Shown: in pieces, positions 14,687 through 22,956 of the stretch
Layout: each line of letters opens with the position of its first letter
Numbering within the stretch: position 1 is the first letter of the stretch
DNA from: Kiritimatiellota bacterium
GTDB taxonomy: Bacteria > Verrucomicrobiota > Kiritimatiellia > Kiritimatiellales > Tichowtungiaceae
Direction of reading: 5' to 3'
NCBI GenBank assembly: GCA_014381785.1
Contig: JACNKZ010000029.1
Location: forward strand, 55,107-87,106
Length of the DNA stretch: 32,000 nt
Notes under the pieces: model-generated
What the model saw: only the letters and a program-made list of their open reading frames with translations
Databases searched by the model: none
What the model was told of the DNA's origin: nothing
Made by a program: the position numbers and the translations under genes

Positions 14687-17362
14687 ATGAGCGAACTGCC
14701 GAAGAATTACGATCCGAAGAGTGTTGAAGAAAAGTGGTATGCCAAGTGGCTGGAGGAGAAAGCCTTCGCGACCGAGCCGTCCGACACGAAAGAGCCAGCG
14801 ACCATTGTGATTCCGCCGCCGAATGTGACCGGCATTCTGCACATGGGCCACGCGCTCAACAACACGATTCAGGATGTGCTCATCCGCTGGTGGCGCATGC
14901 AGGGCAAAAACGCACTGTGGGTTCCCGGAACCGACCATGCCGGAATCGCCACCCAGAATGTGGTGGAGCGCAAGCTCGCCAAAGAGGGCGTCAGTCGCCA
15001 TGACCTCGAGCGAGAAGCGTTTCTGAAAGAGGTCTGGGACTGGAAAGACGAATACGGCAGCACCATTATCAATCAGCTCAAAAAACTGGGTTCCTCCTGC
15101 GACTGGGACCGCGAGCGCTTCACGATGGATGAGGGGCTGAGCAAAGCCGTGCGCGAAGTGTTCTGCCGTCTCTACGAAAAAGATTTGATCTACCGCGGAA
15201 ACCGCATCATCAACTGGTGCCCGCGCTGCACCACCGCGCTGTCTGACGAGGAGAGCGAGCATGTCGAAACAGAAGGCGCGATGTATCACATCCGTTACGT
15301 CGTTAAAGGCGAAAAGCGCAAAGTGACTGTCGCCACCACCCGCCCGGAAACCATGCTCGGCGATGTGGCTGTGGCCGTCAGCCCGCGCGATAAGCGGTAT
15401 GCCGACCTTGTCGGAAAAACGCTGATTCTGCCGGTTTTGAACCGCGAAATTCCCGTGGTGGCTGATGAATACGTCGATCCCGAGTTCGGAACCGGCTGCG
15501 TGAAGGTGACACCGGCCCATGACCCAAATGACTATGAGATTGGTCTGCGCCACAAGTTGACGCCGATCAATGTGATGGATGATCACGGCGTGATGAACGC
15601 CGAAGCCGGGCCGTACGAGGGGATGGATCGTTTTGAGTGCCGCAAACAGCTGGTCGAAGATCTGAAATCCGGCGGGGTGCTTGAGAAAGTCGACAAGCAC
15701 ATGCACGCGGTCGGCCACTGTTACCGGTGCGCGACCGTTGTTGAGCCGCGTCTCTCCCCGCAGTGGTTTGTGAAAATGGAGCCGCTGGCCAAACCGGCCA
15801 TCGAGGCGGTCCGCAGCGGTAAAATCAAATTTGTACCCGAGCGCTGGAACAAGGTGTATCTCGAGTGGATGGAAAACATCCGCGACTGGTGCATTTCGCG
15901 CCAGATCTGGTGGGGACACCGCATTCCGGTTTTCTATTGCGATGTCTGCGGCCACGAATGGGCGGACAGAGAGTTGCCGGAAAGCTGTCCGAAATGTAGC
16001 GATGGCAACATCCGTCAGGACGAAGATGTGCTCGATACCTGGTTCTCGTCCTGGCTCTGGCCTTTCAGCGTGTTCGGCTGGCCGGAAGAAACGCCGGATC
16101 TCAAACATTTCTACCCGACCAACACCATTGCCACCGCTCCGGAAATCCTGTTCTTCTGGGTGGCGCGCATGATTATGGCCGGTATCGAATTCATGGGAGA
16201 CATTCCGTTCGACACCGTCTATTTCCATGGAACGGTCCGCGACGATCAGGGTCGCAAAATGAGCAAGTCGCTCGGCAACTCAATCAATCCGCTCGATATC
16301 ATCGACAAGTACAGCGCCGATGCGCTGCGGTTCAGTCTGATGATGCTGACGGCAACCGGACAGGATGTGTACATCAGCGACGAAAAATTTGAGCTGGGCC
16401 GCAACTTCTGCACAAAAATCTGGAACGCCGCCCGCTTCATGCAGATGAATGCCACGTCCGATGCCGCGCTCGATCCGGAGCAGATTGATCTCGGCACCAT
16501 GAGCCTCAGCCCGGACGATCAGCATATTCTCGCCAAACTCAGCGAGGCGGTTGAGAAAACCGAAGCCGCGCTGGAGAAACACCGCTTCAATGATGCCGCG
16601 CTAGCGATGTACGACTTTATGTGGCATCACTATTGCGACTGGTACGTCGAATACTCGAAAGGCGTCTTCCGCGGCGAGGACGAGCAGCGCAAGAAGGAAG
16701 TCGAGCAGGTGATGCATTATGTCTTCTCCACCGCCATCCGCCTGCTGCATCCATTCATCCCGTTCATCACCGAAGAGTTGTGGCATGGCATGGGGTACAA
16801 CGTGTCCAGCGAGTCGATTCAGACCGCGCCGTGGCCGAAAGCGCTGTCAGAAGAAGATCTGAGCGAGTGGGGCGTCGACGCGCGGATGGTCGAGTATGTG
16901 GATGCGAAGCACGATCTCATCCGCACCGGCCGCACCCTGCGCAGCGATTACAACCTGACGCCGCGCCAGCAGGCGAAATTCTTTATCCGCCCGCCGAAAA
17001 AAGAGATCGGCGATCTGCTTCGCGCGGATCTGGCCTCGGTTTCCTCGCTGCTCGGCGCGGAAGAGGTGACGGTCAACCGCGACTTTGTTCCCGAAGGCGC
17101 AATGCCCAGCGGCATCAGTCAGCTCGGCGCGGTCTATATGTCCATTGAAGGCCTAGTGGATGTGGAAGCCGAAATCGCCAAGCTGCGCAAACAGCTCGAT
17201 ACGGTGGAAAACGGAATTACCGGCATTGCGAAGAAGCTTTCGAATGAGGCGTTCGTGAAAAAAGCGCCGCCGGACATTGTGGCCAGCGAAGAAAAACGCA
17301 AAACCGAGCTGATCGAAAAGCGCGAAAAACTTCAAAAACTGGTCGACACACTCTCAGCCTGA
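14687..17362 (+). CDS. valS: valine--tRNA ligase
   Basis: 891 aa. HIGH-type motif PPPNVTGILHMGHAL, KMSKS motif (KMSKSLGNS), the editing domain, and a C-terminal coiled coil (EAEIAKLRKQLDTVE...). Confidence 0.97.
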   Translation: MSELPKNYDPKSVEEKWYAKWLEEKAFATEPSDTKEPATIVIPPPNVTGILHMGHALNNTIQDVLIRWWRMQGKNALWVPGTDHAGIATQNVVERKLAKEGVSRHDLEREAFLKEVWDWKDEYGSTIINQLKKLGSSCDWDRERFTMDEGLSKAVREVFCRLYEKDLIYRGNRIINWCPRCTTALSDEESEHVETEGAMYHIRYVVKGEKRKVTVATTRPETMLGDVAVAVSPRDKRYADLVGKTLILPVLNREIPVVADEYVDPEFGTGCVKVTPAHDPNDYEIGLRHKLTPINVMDDHGVMNAEAGPYEGMDRFECRKQLVEDLKSGGVLEKVDKHMHAVGHCYRCATVVEPRLSPQWFVKMEPLAKPAIEAVRSGKIKFVPERWNKVYLEWMENIRDWCISRQIWWGHRIPVFYCDVCGHEWADRELPESCPKCSDGNIRQDEDVLDTWFSSWLWPFSVFGWPEETPDLKHFYPTNTIATAPEILFFWVARMIMAGIEFMGDIPFDTVYFHGTVRDDQGRKMSKSLGNSINPLDIIDKYSADALRFSLMMLTATGQDVYISDEKFELGRNFCTKIWNAARFMQMNATSDAALDPEQIDLGTMSLSPDDQHILAKLSEAVEKTEAALEKHRFNDAALAMYDFMWHHYCDWYVEYSKGVFRGEDEQRKKEVEQVMHYVFSTAIRLLHPFIPFITEELWHGMGYNVSSESIQTAPWPKALSEEDLSEWGVDARMVEYVDAKHDLIRTGRTLRSDYNLTPRQQAKFFIRPPKKEIGDLLRADLASVSSLLGAEEVTVNRDFVPEGAMPSGISQLGAVYMSIEGLVDVEAEIAKLRKQLDTVENGITGIAKKLSNEAFVKKAPPDIVASEEKRKTELIEKREKLQKLVDTLSA

Positions 17363-17374
17363 TATTTTTGGACT

Positions 17375-17408
17375 GCGGTGATAAAAGTATTCCGTATCAC
17401 CGCTTTTT
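17375..17408 (+). terminator. intrinsic terminator of valS
   Basis: GCGGTGATA (17375-17383) pairs with TATCACCGC (17395-17403), giving a 9-bp stem and an 11-nt loop, followed by TTTTT (17404-17408). It lies 13 nt after the valS stop. Confidence 0.8.
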
Positions 17409-17433
17409 CCTGTGACCGAGTGCAGAAAAGAGA

Positions 17434-17462
17434 TTTACAAAATCATGGACGACAAAATCATT
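17434..17462 (-). repeat. ATGATTTTG-word element (copy 2, inverted)
   Basis: The reverse complement, AATGATTTTGTCGTCCATGATTTTGTAAA, differs at 2 of 29 positions from 4478-4506. The mini-ORF reads MILSSMIL* on the minus strand (17461-17435). Confidence 0.7.
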
Positions 17463-17757
17463 TTTGGGAGAGTTTAACCGCAAAAGAAAAGTGGGTATTT
17501 TTGTTTCGAAATATCGGGGTGCATGATAGCCCCCGGAAGTTTGAGCGCATTTTGGAATAGAAGTCTAAACTCGCCGGCGTTGTTCGGGCCAAAGAATGGA
17601 TTAGTAAAAAAGTGAATCTTGGGCTGGGCCTCTGGGTGAAATTGAGCGAGCCTGTTGACAAAAACAGGTGCACGGCGGCGATCGCACCTCTTTGGATGAT
17701 TATATTTGCGATGCGTGTGGTGAGCTGATGATTCGATAGTAAGAGTTCTGCGCTCTA

Positions 17758-17789
17758 AAATGATTTTGCCCTTAATAATTTTGTAAAAA
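17758..17789 (+). repeat. ATGATTTTG-word element (copy 3, diverged)
   Basis: AAATGATTTTGCCCTTAATAATTTTGTAAAAA. The mini-ORF MILPLIIL* (17760-17786) ends 15 nt before the lipA ATG. Confidence 0.6.
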
Positions 17790-17801
17790 TTCTAATCTGA
17801 A

Positions 17802-18683
17802 ATGAACGATTCAACCAATCAAAAAAAGCTGAGGCCCAAAGCGCAGCGGTTGCCAAAGTGGCTGCGCCGGCCGATCGCAACGGATGAAAGCTATCCGGAT
17901 GTGAGTAAGCTACTGGAGAGTCTTCAGCTCAATACGGTCTGCGCCAGCGCCAAGTGCCCGAACCGGCATGAGTGCTGGAACAGCGGCACGGCGACGATCA
18001 TGATTCTGGGCAACACCTGCACGCGCGGATGCCGTTTTTGCAATGTCACCACCGGAAAGCCGGGGCCGGTGGATCCGGGGGAGCCAGCGCGCGTGGCGGA
18101 AGCCGTCAAGCAGCTCCAGTTGCGTCATGTGGTGATTACCAGTGTAACACGCGATGATCTGCCGGACGGCGGGGCGCAGGCGTTTGCCGACACGATTTGC
18201 GCGGTAAAGAAGGTTTTGCCGGAGGCGATGGTGGAGGTGCTGACCCCCGATTTTGTGGAGCATCTCGACAGGGTGCTGGATGCCGGTCCGGATGTGTTCA
18301 ACCACAATCTGGAGACGGTGGCGCGGCTGCAGGCGGCGATCCGTCCACAGGCGAGTTATGAAACCTCGCTAGCAACCTTGCGCAAGGCGGCGGAGCGGGG
18401 CAGGGTGCAGGTGAAATCCGGCCTGATGCTCGGGTTGGGGGAAACCGACGAAGAGGTTTTCCAAACCTTGGGAGATTTATATAAAGCCGGCGTGCGATTG
18501 CTGACGCTGGGGCAGTATCTGGCGCCGACTAAAGAACATCATCCGGTTGAACGCTTTATTTCTCCTGAACATTTTGATGAACTGGCAGCACGGGCCCGGG
18601 AGGTCGGGTTTACCGGAGTGGCGGCGGGGCCGTTGGTCCGCTCCTCCTACCGGGCGGATCAGCTGGTGGCGAAAGAAAACTAA
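17802..18683 (+). CDS. lipA: lipoyl synthase
   Basis: Auxiliary-cluster motif CASAKCPNRHEC, radical-SAM motif CTRGCRFCNV, and a C-terminal RSSY motif. Confidence 0.95.
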   Translation: MNDSTNQKKLRPKAQRLPKWLRRPIATDESYPDVSKLLESLQLNTVCASAKCPNRHECWNSGTATIMILGNTCTRGCRFCNVTTGKPGPVDPGEPARVAEAVKQLQLRHVVITSVTRDDLPDGGAQAFADTICAVKKVLPEAMVEVLTPDFVEHLDRVLDAGPDVFNHNLETVARLQAAIRPQASYETSLATLRKAAERGRVQVKSGLMLGLGETDEEVFQTLGDLYKAGVRLLTLGQYLAPTKEHHPVERFISPEHFDELAARAREVGFTGVAAGPLVRSSYRADQLVAKEN

Positions 18684-19423
18684 TGACGACCATTCAACAG
18701 CGTAAAGAGGTGGAGAAGGTGGCGGTGCTCATTCCGGCTTACCGGGAGGAGAACAGCGTTGGGGAAGTCGTTATGGAAGCTCGCCGCTATCTGCCCGATG
18801 TGATTGTGGTGGATGATGCCTCCGGCGATGAGACAGCTCTGCGGGCGGAAAACGCCGGCGCCACGGTGATCCGCCGCGAAGAAAACGGCGGCAAGGGCGC
18901 GGCGCTGATTGAAGGTTTTCAGTATGTGTTGCAACACGGATTTGATGCCGTGATTGCGCTCGATGCCGACGGCTTCCATGACCCGAATCAGATTCCAAAA
19001 TTTCTGGAAACCTATCATCGGACTCACCTGCCGGTTCTGATTGGCAGCCGCATGGCGGAGCCGCATCTGGTTCCGCGGGTACGGCGCTGGAGCATTCGGG
19101 TGATGAGCTATTGGCTGAGCCGGCTGATGGGCGTTTACGTTCCCGACCCGCCCTGCGGGTTTCGTTTTTACCGTTGTGATGTGCTGCCGTTCCTGCTGGA
19201 AACCGGCTCGGCGCTTCCGGCGGAATTTGAAACGCTGCTGCACATCGCCTCGCGGCGAATTCGGGTCGGTTCGGTCCGGATCAGCAAAAAGCCGCATCGG
19301 CACAAGAGTTGGATTTCCCCGTTCCGCGACATCGTTCGGTTTATTCGGGTTTTGAAAAAACATTATCACAAAGCCCGCCGGGAAGGCTCGAGGATCCGGA
19401 TGGTGAGAGAGGACAATCTATGA
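18683..19423 (+). CDS. family-2 glycosyltransferase (DPM1/polyprenol-phosphate glycosyltransferase-like)
   Basis: VAVLIPAYREENSVGEVV, VVDDASGDET, ENGGKGAAL and the ALDADG (DxD-like) motif. The ATG overlaps the lipA TAA by 1 nt (TAATG). Confidence 0.85.
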   Translation: MTTIQQRKEVEKVAVLIPAYREENSVGEVVMEARRYLPDVIVVDDASGDETALRAENAGATVIRREENGGKGAALIEGFQYVLQHGFDAVIALDADGFHDPNQIPKFLETYHRTHLPVLIGSRMAEPHLVPRVRRWSIRVMSYWLSRLMGVYVPDPPCGFRFYRCDVLPFLLETGSALPAEFETLLHIASRRIRVGSVRISKKPHRHKSWISPFRDIVRFIRVLKKHYHKARREGSRIRMVREDNL

Positions 19424-20067
19424 GGCCCCGTTTTTTTCTTTTTGCACTGACCTGTCTGGTTCTGCTGGGCGCATCGCCCGTACGGGCGGAATCCGAAGCT
19501 CATGAATCGCGCGGCGAGAAAATCGCGGTCTGGCTGGAGGAAAAAGGGCTTTCGCGCAGCACAGCGGTTGCGGCGATTTCCACACTGCCGATTGTTGAGC
19601 TGCGCGGTGCGGTTCCGGTGGGAGTGAATGTCTTTCGCATGCCGTGGTGGCAGGTTTATCTGATTGCGGTGGCAGGGAATATGATTCCTATTCCGTTCAT
19701 TCTGCTGCTGCTCGGTCCGCTGTCCAGATTTTGCATGCGGTTCAAGATCGGGAAGAAATTTTTTGACTGGCTATTTGCCCGCACCCGCAAGAAGAGCGCG
19801 AGTATTGAAAAGTATGAAGCACTCGGGTTGACCATCTTTGTGGCCATTCCGTTGCCGGTGACCGGCGGCTGGACCGGTGCGATGGTTGCGTTTTTGATGG
19901 GGATTCCGTTCTGGAAAGCCATGCTCTACATTCTGCTCGGTGTGATGATTGCCGGTGCGATTATGACCGCCTTGTCGCTGTTGGGCTGGATGGGTGCGGC
20001 GATTGCCGGGGTGGTGCTGATTGGCTTGGTGGCGGCATCGCTGGCGAAGACATTCCGCCCCTGGTAG
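19420..20067 (+). CDS. COG2426 / 'small multidrug export'-like integral membrane protein
   Basis: The ORF track starts at 19309. ATG 19420 overlaps the GT2 stop (ATGA) and gives the signal-like N-terminus MRPRFFLFALTCLVLLGASPVRA. The ELRGAVPVG motif and four or more hydrophobic helices resemble the Sm_multidrug_ex family. The family assignment is from memory, not from a search. Confidence 0.65.
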   Translation: MRPRFFLFALTCLVLLGASPVRAESEAHESRGEKIAVWLEEKGLSRSTAVAAISTLPIVELRGAVPVGVNVFRMPWWQVYLIAVAGNMIPIPFILLLLGPLSRFCMRFKIGKKFFDWLFARTRKKSASIEKYEALGLTIFVAIPLPVTGGWTGAMVAFLMGIPFWKAMLYILLGVMIAGAIMTALSLLGWMGAAIAGVVLIGLVAASLAKTFRPW

Positions 20068-20145
20068 CACAGATAGTTTGTATGGATTCGCTTTTACTAA
20101 GATGAGTGAATTGGTTATGGTTCACGCAATCGGAGGAGATAACCA

Positions 20146-20397
20146 ATGACAGATGCAGAAATACTCGCGGCGGTTGAGAAAGTCATGGAAGAAGAGATCA
20201 GCCCGGCGCTGGCCAGTCATGGCGGCGGGGCGAAGATCGTTACTGTGAACGATGCCAAGGTGTACGTTGAGCTTCAGGGCGGATGCCGTGGATGCATGGG
20301 CGCGCGCATGACGATGAAAAACGGGATTGAACGCCTGTTTAAAGAGCGTGTCCCGGATGTGGTTGAAGTGATCGACGCCACCGATCACGACGAATAA
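20146..20397 (+). CDS. NifU C-terminal-domain (Nfu-type) Fe-S cluster carrier
   Basis: GGAGGAG RBS 7 nt upstream. The 83-aa protein carries ISPALASHGGGAKIV...LQGGCRGCMGARMTMKNGIE (CxxC). Confidence 0.88.
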   Translation: MTDAEILAAVEKVMEEEISPALASHGGGAKIVTVNDAKVYVELQGGCRGCMGARMTMKNGIERLFKERVPDVVEVIDATDHDE

Positions 20398-20581
20398 CTC
20401 TGATTTTTCATCCACGAAAAGAACTTGGCCCGCTAAACACGCGAAATGATCGCAAAAAAATAGTGGATCAATTTTCTCACATGGAGTCACAGAGCCACTA
20501 AGCGTCTACCCCAAAGCCTCTGTGCCTTCGTGACTTGAGCGAGGAACGAGCGGGTGTGAGGTTTCAGTCAACTGGGGCTGT

Positions 20582-21754
20582 TTAATCAGGTCGTTCGGTG
20601 CCGAAGTTGAAGGGGTCGACGTCTCTCTGATAGATGTCTGTGGCGGCATCGCTGGTGAGGGTGGTTGCGAACGTCCGGATGGCGTCTTTAATGACTTCCC
20701 TGGCAAAGGAGAATTTTTTCGGAACGGCATAGACAATATCGCCGGGCTGGAGTTGAACATCCATCGCGCGGCCGCCGATGATTTTGAATACTCGGGCTTT
20801 TTTCGAGTCGAACTGCGACATATCCATCAGCATGATTTTCGGGCGAACCGTGTTGCCGCGAATGATGAGGATGTGTCCGTCCGATGTGGCTGTGTTCATT
20901 CCGCCGGCCTGTACAACCGCGTTCATTAACGAGAGGCTGGAGTGGGCGAACTGCACGCCCTGCGGGCTGTTAAAGGAACCCAGTGCGTAGATTTTACGTT
21001 CCAGCGCGGAGGGGACGAAGATGATGTCGCCGCTTCGGATTTCAAGATTTTGTGTGGCGTCCGCTTCGTAGACGAGTTTTTCGAAGTCGATCGGAACGAC
21101 TTGTCCGCCGCGCACCAGGGTGGCGTGAGCCAGGTCGTGGATGTCTGCGCTAACGTTGCGGATTTCGCCGAGTTTGGTGCCTCCGGCTTTTGCAAGGGCG
21201 TCCAGCAGGCGCATGCGGCCTTCCAGCGGATATACCTGTGGGTATTTCATCTGGCCGAGAACGGTGAAGGTCTGGCTGCCGAAATGGTAGGGTGTGATGT
21301 TGAGGATGGCGTATTTGAGTTCTTCGCTCAGCCGGGCCCGCATGTCCTCGGTCAGCTCATCGATCGTGCGGCCGGCGGCGGGAACGGTGCCGACCATCAT
21401 GTAGGTGATGTTGCCAGCCGGATCGATCGGAAGCGTTCTTTGATTTTCCCCTTCTCCGTAACCGTAGATGGTGATTTCGAGCTCATCGCCGACGCCGAGG
21501 CGGTAGGGGCCGGTGTCGCGCTCCATGAGCAGTTGGGTGTCCTCTAGCGAACGGTCCGGGTTGAGTTGGATCCAGACGCCGGTTTCCATTTCGTCTAGCG
21601 TCAGGTCGCCCGCGTTGGGTAATTCGAGAACATTGGCGGGCAGCAGCTCGCGGTTGTTTTCAAGTTTCGGCAGGTTGTTCACGGAAGAACAGCCGGCAAG
21701 CACGCAGAGCAGAAGTAGCGTGGCGGAGAAGTCAGGAAGAATTTTTTGTTTCAT
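20582..21754 (-). CDS. outer-membrane polysaccharide export (OPX/Wza-like) lipoprotein, paralogue 2
   Basis: Lipobox LLLLCVLAGCSS. Poly_export-like segment YRLGVGDELEITIYG...IDPAGNITYMMVGTVPAAGRTIDEL. Repeated SLBB-like segments (GDIIFVP, GDIVYAVP). ATG 21754 lies 2 nt after the upstream gene's TGA; the ORF track uses GTG 21760. Confidence 0.85.
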   Translation of the reverse strand: MKQKILPDFSATLLLLCVLAGCSSVNNLPKLENNRELLPANVLELPNAGDLTLDEMETGVWIQLNPDRSLEDTQLLMERDTGPYRLGVGDELEITIYGYGEGENQRTLPIDPAGNITYMMVGTVPAAGRTIDELTEDMRARLSEELKYAILNITPYHFGSQTFTVLGQMKYPQVYPLEGRMRLLDALAKAGGTKLGEIRNVSADIHDLAHATLVRGGQVVPIDFEKLVYEADATQNLEIRSGDIIFVPSALERKIYALGSFNSPQGVQFAHSSLSLMNAVVQAGGMNTATSDGHILIIRGNTVRPKIMLMDMSQFDSKKARVFKIIGGRAMDVQLQPGDIVYAVPKKFSFAREVIKDAIRTFATTLTSDAATDIYQRDVDPFNFGTERPD

Positions 21755-21756
21755 GA

Positions 21757-22956
21757 TCACGGTATTTGGGTGCGGGTTTCGAGAAATCCGCCAGGGAAAA
21801 GATGTTCCCGGTTAATGTCGCTGGCGAACTCACTGGCGAAGGTATTGACGAAGGTGCGGACCATGCTTTTGACTACATTGCGGGTGAAGAGGAAGGATTT
21901 TTCAGGAACGAATACCACATCGCCGGCCTCTAGAAATACATCGTGCTCTCGTCCGCTCAGAATGTCCTGCAGATTGATTTTAAACACTTTCGGATCTTCC
22001 AGCGCATTCCGCAGAAGAACTACCCGTTTGATATCGGCGGAGTCTTCCAGATAGCCGCCGCTCCCTTCATCGATGCCGGTGATGAGCTGCACGAGTGTCA
22101 TGCCGGCGGTGTACGGCTGAGATTGCTGGCTGTTGACTTCGCCCATCAGATACACTTCGCGGCCGAGTGCCGAGGCGATATAGATGACATCTCCCGGGCG
22201 GACGTAGATGTCTTCCGAGAAGTCGTTTTCTTTCATGAGGGTGGAGAAATTGACCGGAATTTTTTCGGTTCCGCGCAGCAGCCAGCTTTTGTTGTAGTTA
22301 TGAATTTCAATGGTGTTGTCGTGGTAGCGCCCTTGTTCAATCCCTTTGGCCCGGGCGATGGCCTGCCGGACGGTGATTGAGGTTTCCAGCGGGTAGAGGC
22401 TGCCTTCGTTGACTTTTCCCAAAATGGCAAAGCGGTTGGAGATGAATTTTTTCGGGATGATGGAGACCTGCGGATTGTTGAACAAATGAGATAATTCATT
22501 TTCCATCTCGGCGGCGACTTCATCCGCCCGGCGGCCTTCGGCCTGAATGCCGGGGAGGAACATGTAGTAGAGTTTTCCGTCCGGGGCAATCGGGATGGCC
22601 TTGGCGACGGTGTCGATTTGGCCGAAAATGCCGACTTCCACCACATCGCCGACCTGTAGTTTTCGTTCTGCCGGGGAGTGAGGAATAAAGCATTCCGCCG
22701 GGAATTTAGAATTTTTCTGGGTCTGCGTGAGCTGTTCGGGCAGATCCTGACGAACCGGGCTGTTCGTCGCGGGGGGCAGCGGTTCCAGCAGGTCGTTACG
22801 AACCGGACTGTTCGTCGCGGGGGTTGGCGTGAGCGGTTCCAGCAGGTCGTCATGAACTGGGCTGTTCGTCGCGACGGGTGTTCCGGCGAACAGTGCGCTG
22901 CCGGTCAGAAAAAGGAACGCCCAGAGTCCGTTGATCAATAGGTTCTTATTTTTCAT
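21757..22956 (-). CDS. polysaccharide export (OPX/Wza-like) protein, paralogue 1, with a Pro-rich repeat linker and no lipobox
   Basis: The ORF track starts at 23181. ATG 22956 gives the signal peptide MKNKNLLINGLWAFLFLTGSALFAG. Poly_export-like segment LQVGDVVEVGIFG...IAPDGKLYYMFLPGIQAEGRRADEV. SLBB-like motifs GDVIYIA and GDVVFVP. The start overlaps the end of the upstream PCP gene by 11 nt. Confidence 0.85.
   Translation of the reverse strand: MKNKNLLINGLWAFLFLTGSALFAGTPVATNSPVHDDLLEPLTPTPATNSPVRNDLLEPLPPATNSPVRQDLPEQLTQTQKNSKFPAECFIPHSPAERKLQVGDVVEVGIFGQIDTVAKAIPIAPDGKLYYMFLPGIQAEGRRADEVAAEMENELSHLFNNPQVSIIPKKFISNRFAILGKVNEGSLYPLETSITVRQAIARAKGIEQGRYHDNTIEIHNYNKSWLLRGTEKIPVNFSTLMKENDFSEDIYVRPGDVIYIASALGREVYLMGEVNSQQSQPYTAGMTLVQLITGIDEGSGGYLEDSADIKRVVLLRNALEDPKVFKINLQDILSGREHDVFLEAGDVVFVPEKSFLFTRNVVKSMVRTFVNTFASEFASDINREHLFPGGFLETRTQIP
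22729..22872 (-). repeat. three tandem coding repeats (48 and 54 nt period) encoding ATNSPV(H/R)xDL(L/P)E(P/Q)L
   Basis: CGAACCGGGCTGTTCGTCGC (22751), CGAACCGGACTGTTCGTCGC (22799) and TGAACTGGGCTGTTCGTCGC (22853). Protein sequence: ATNSPVHDDLLEPLTPTP / ATNSPVRNDLLEPLPP / ATNSPVRQDLPEQL. Confidence 0.8.

Noticed and set aside
14666-16228. 520-aa minus-strand ORF overlapping valS
   Set aside because: Antisense to valS, which has the HIGH and KMSKS motifs. No motifs, and typical GC-rich shadow-frame composition.
17378-17673. ORFs 17378-17560 (plus, 60 aa) and 17458-17673 (minus, 71 aa) in the valS-lipA spacer
   Set aside because: The plus-strand ORF begins within the valS terminator, and both ORFs run through repeat elements. 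They have no RBS and an odd composition. The region is treated instead as a possible MITE or ncRNA.
18680-19369. 229-aa minus-strand ORF overlapping the GT2 gene, plus similar antisense or alternative-frame ORFs (e.g. 9447-10187, 3450-3995, 3617-4066, 20942-21547, 21943-22380, 23012-23563)
   Set aside because: All overlap better-supported genes on the opposite strand or in another frame. They show low-complexity, Arg/Pro/Ser-rich translations without motifs.
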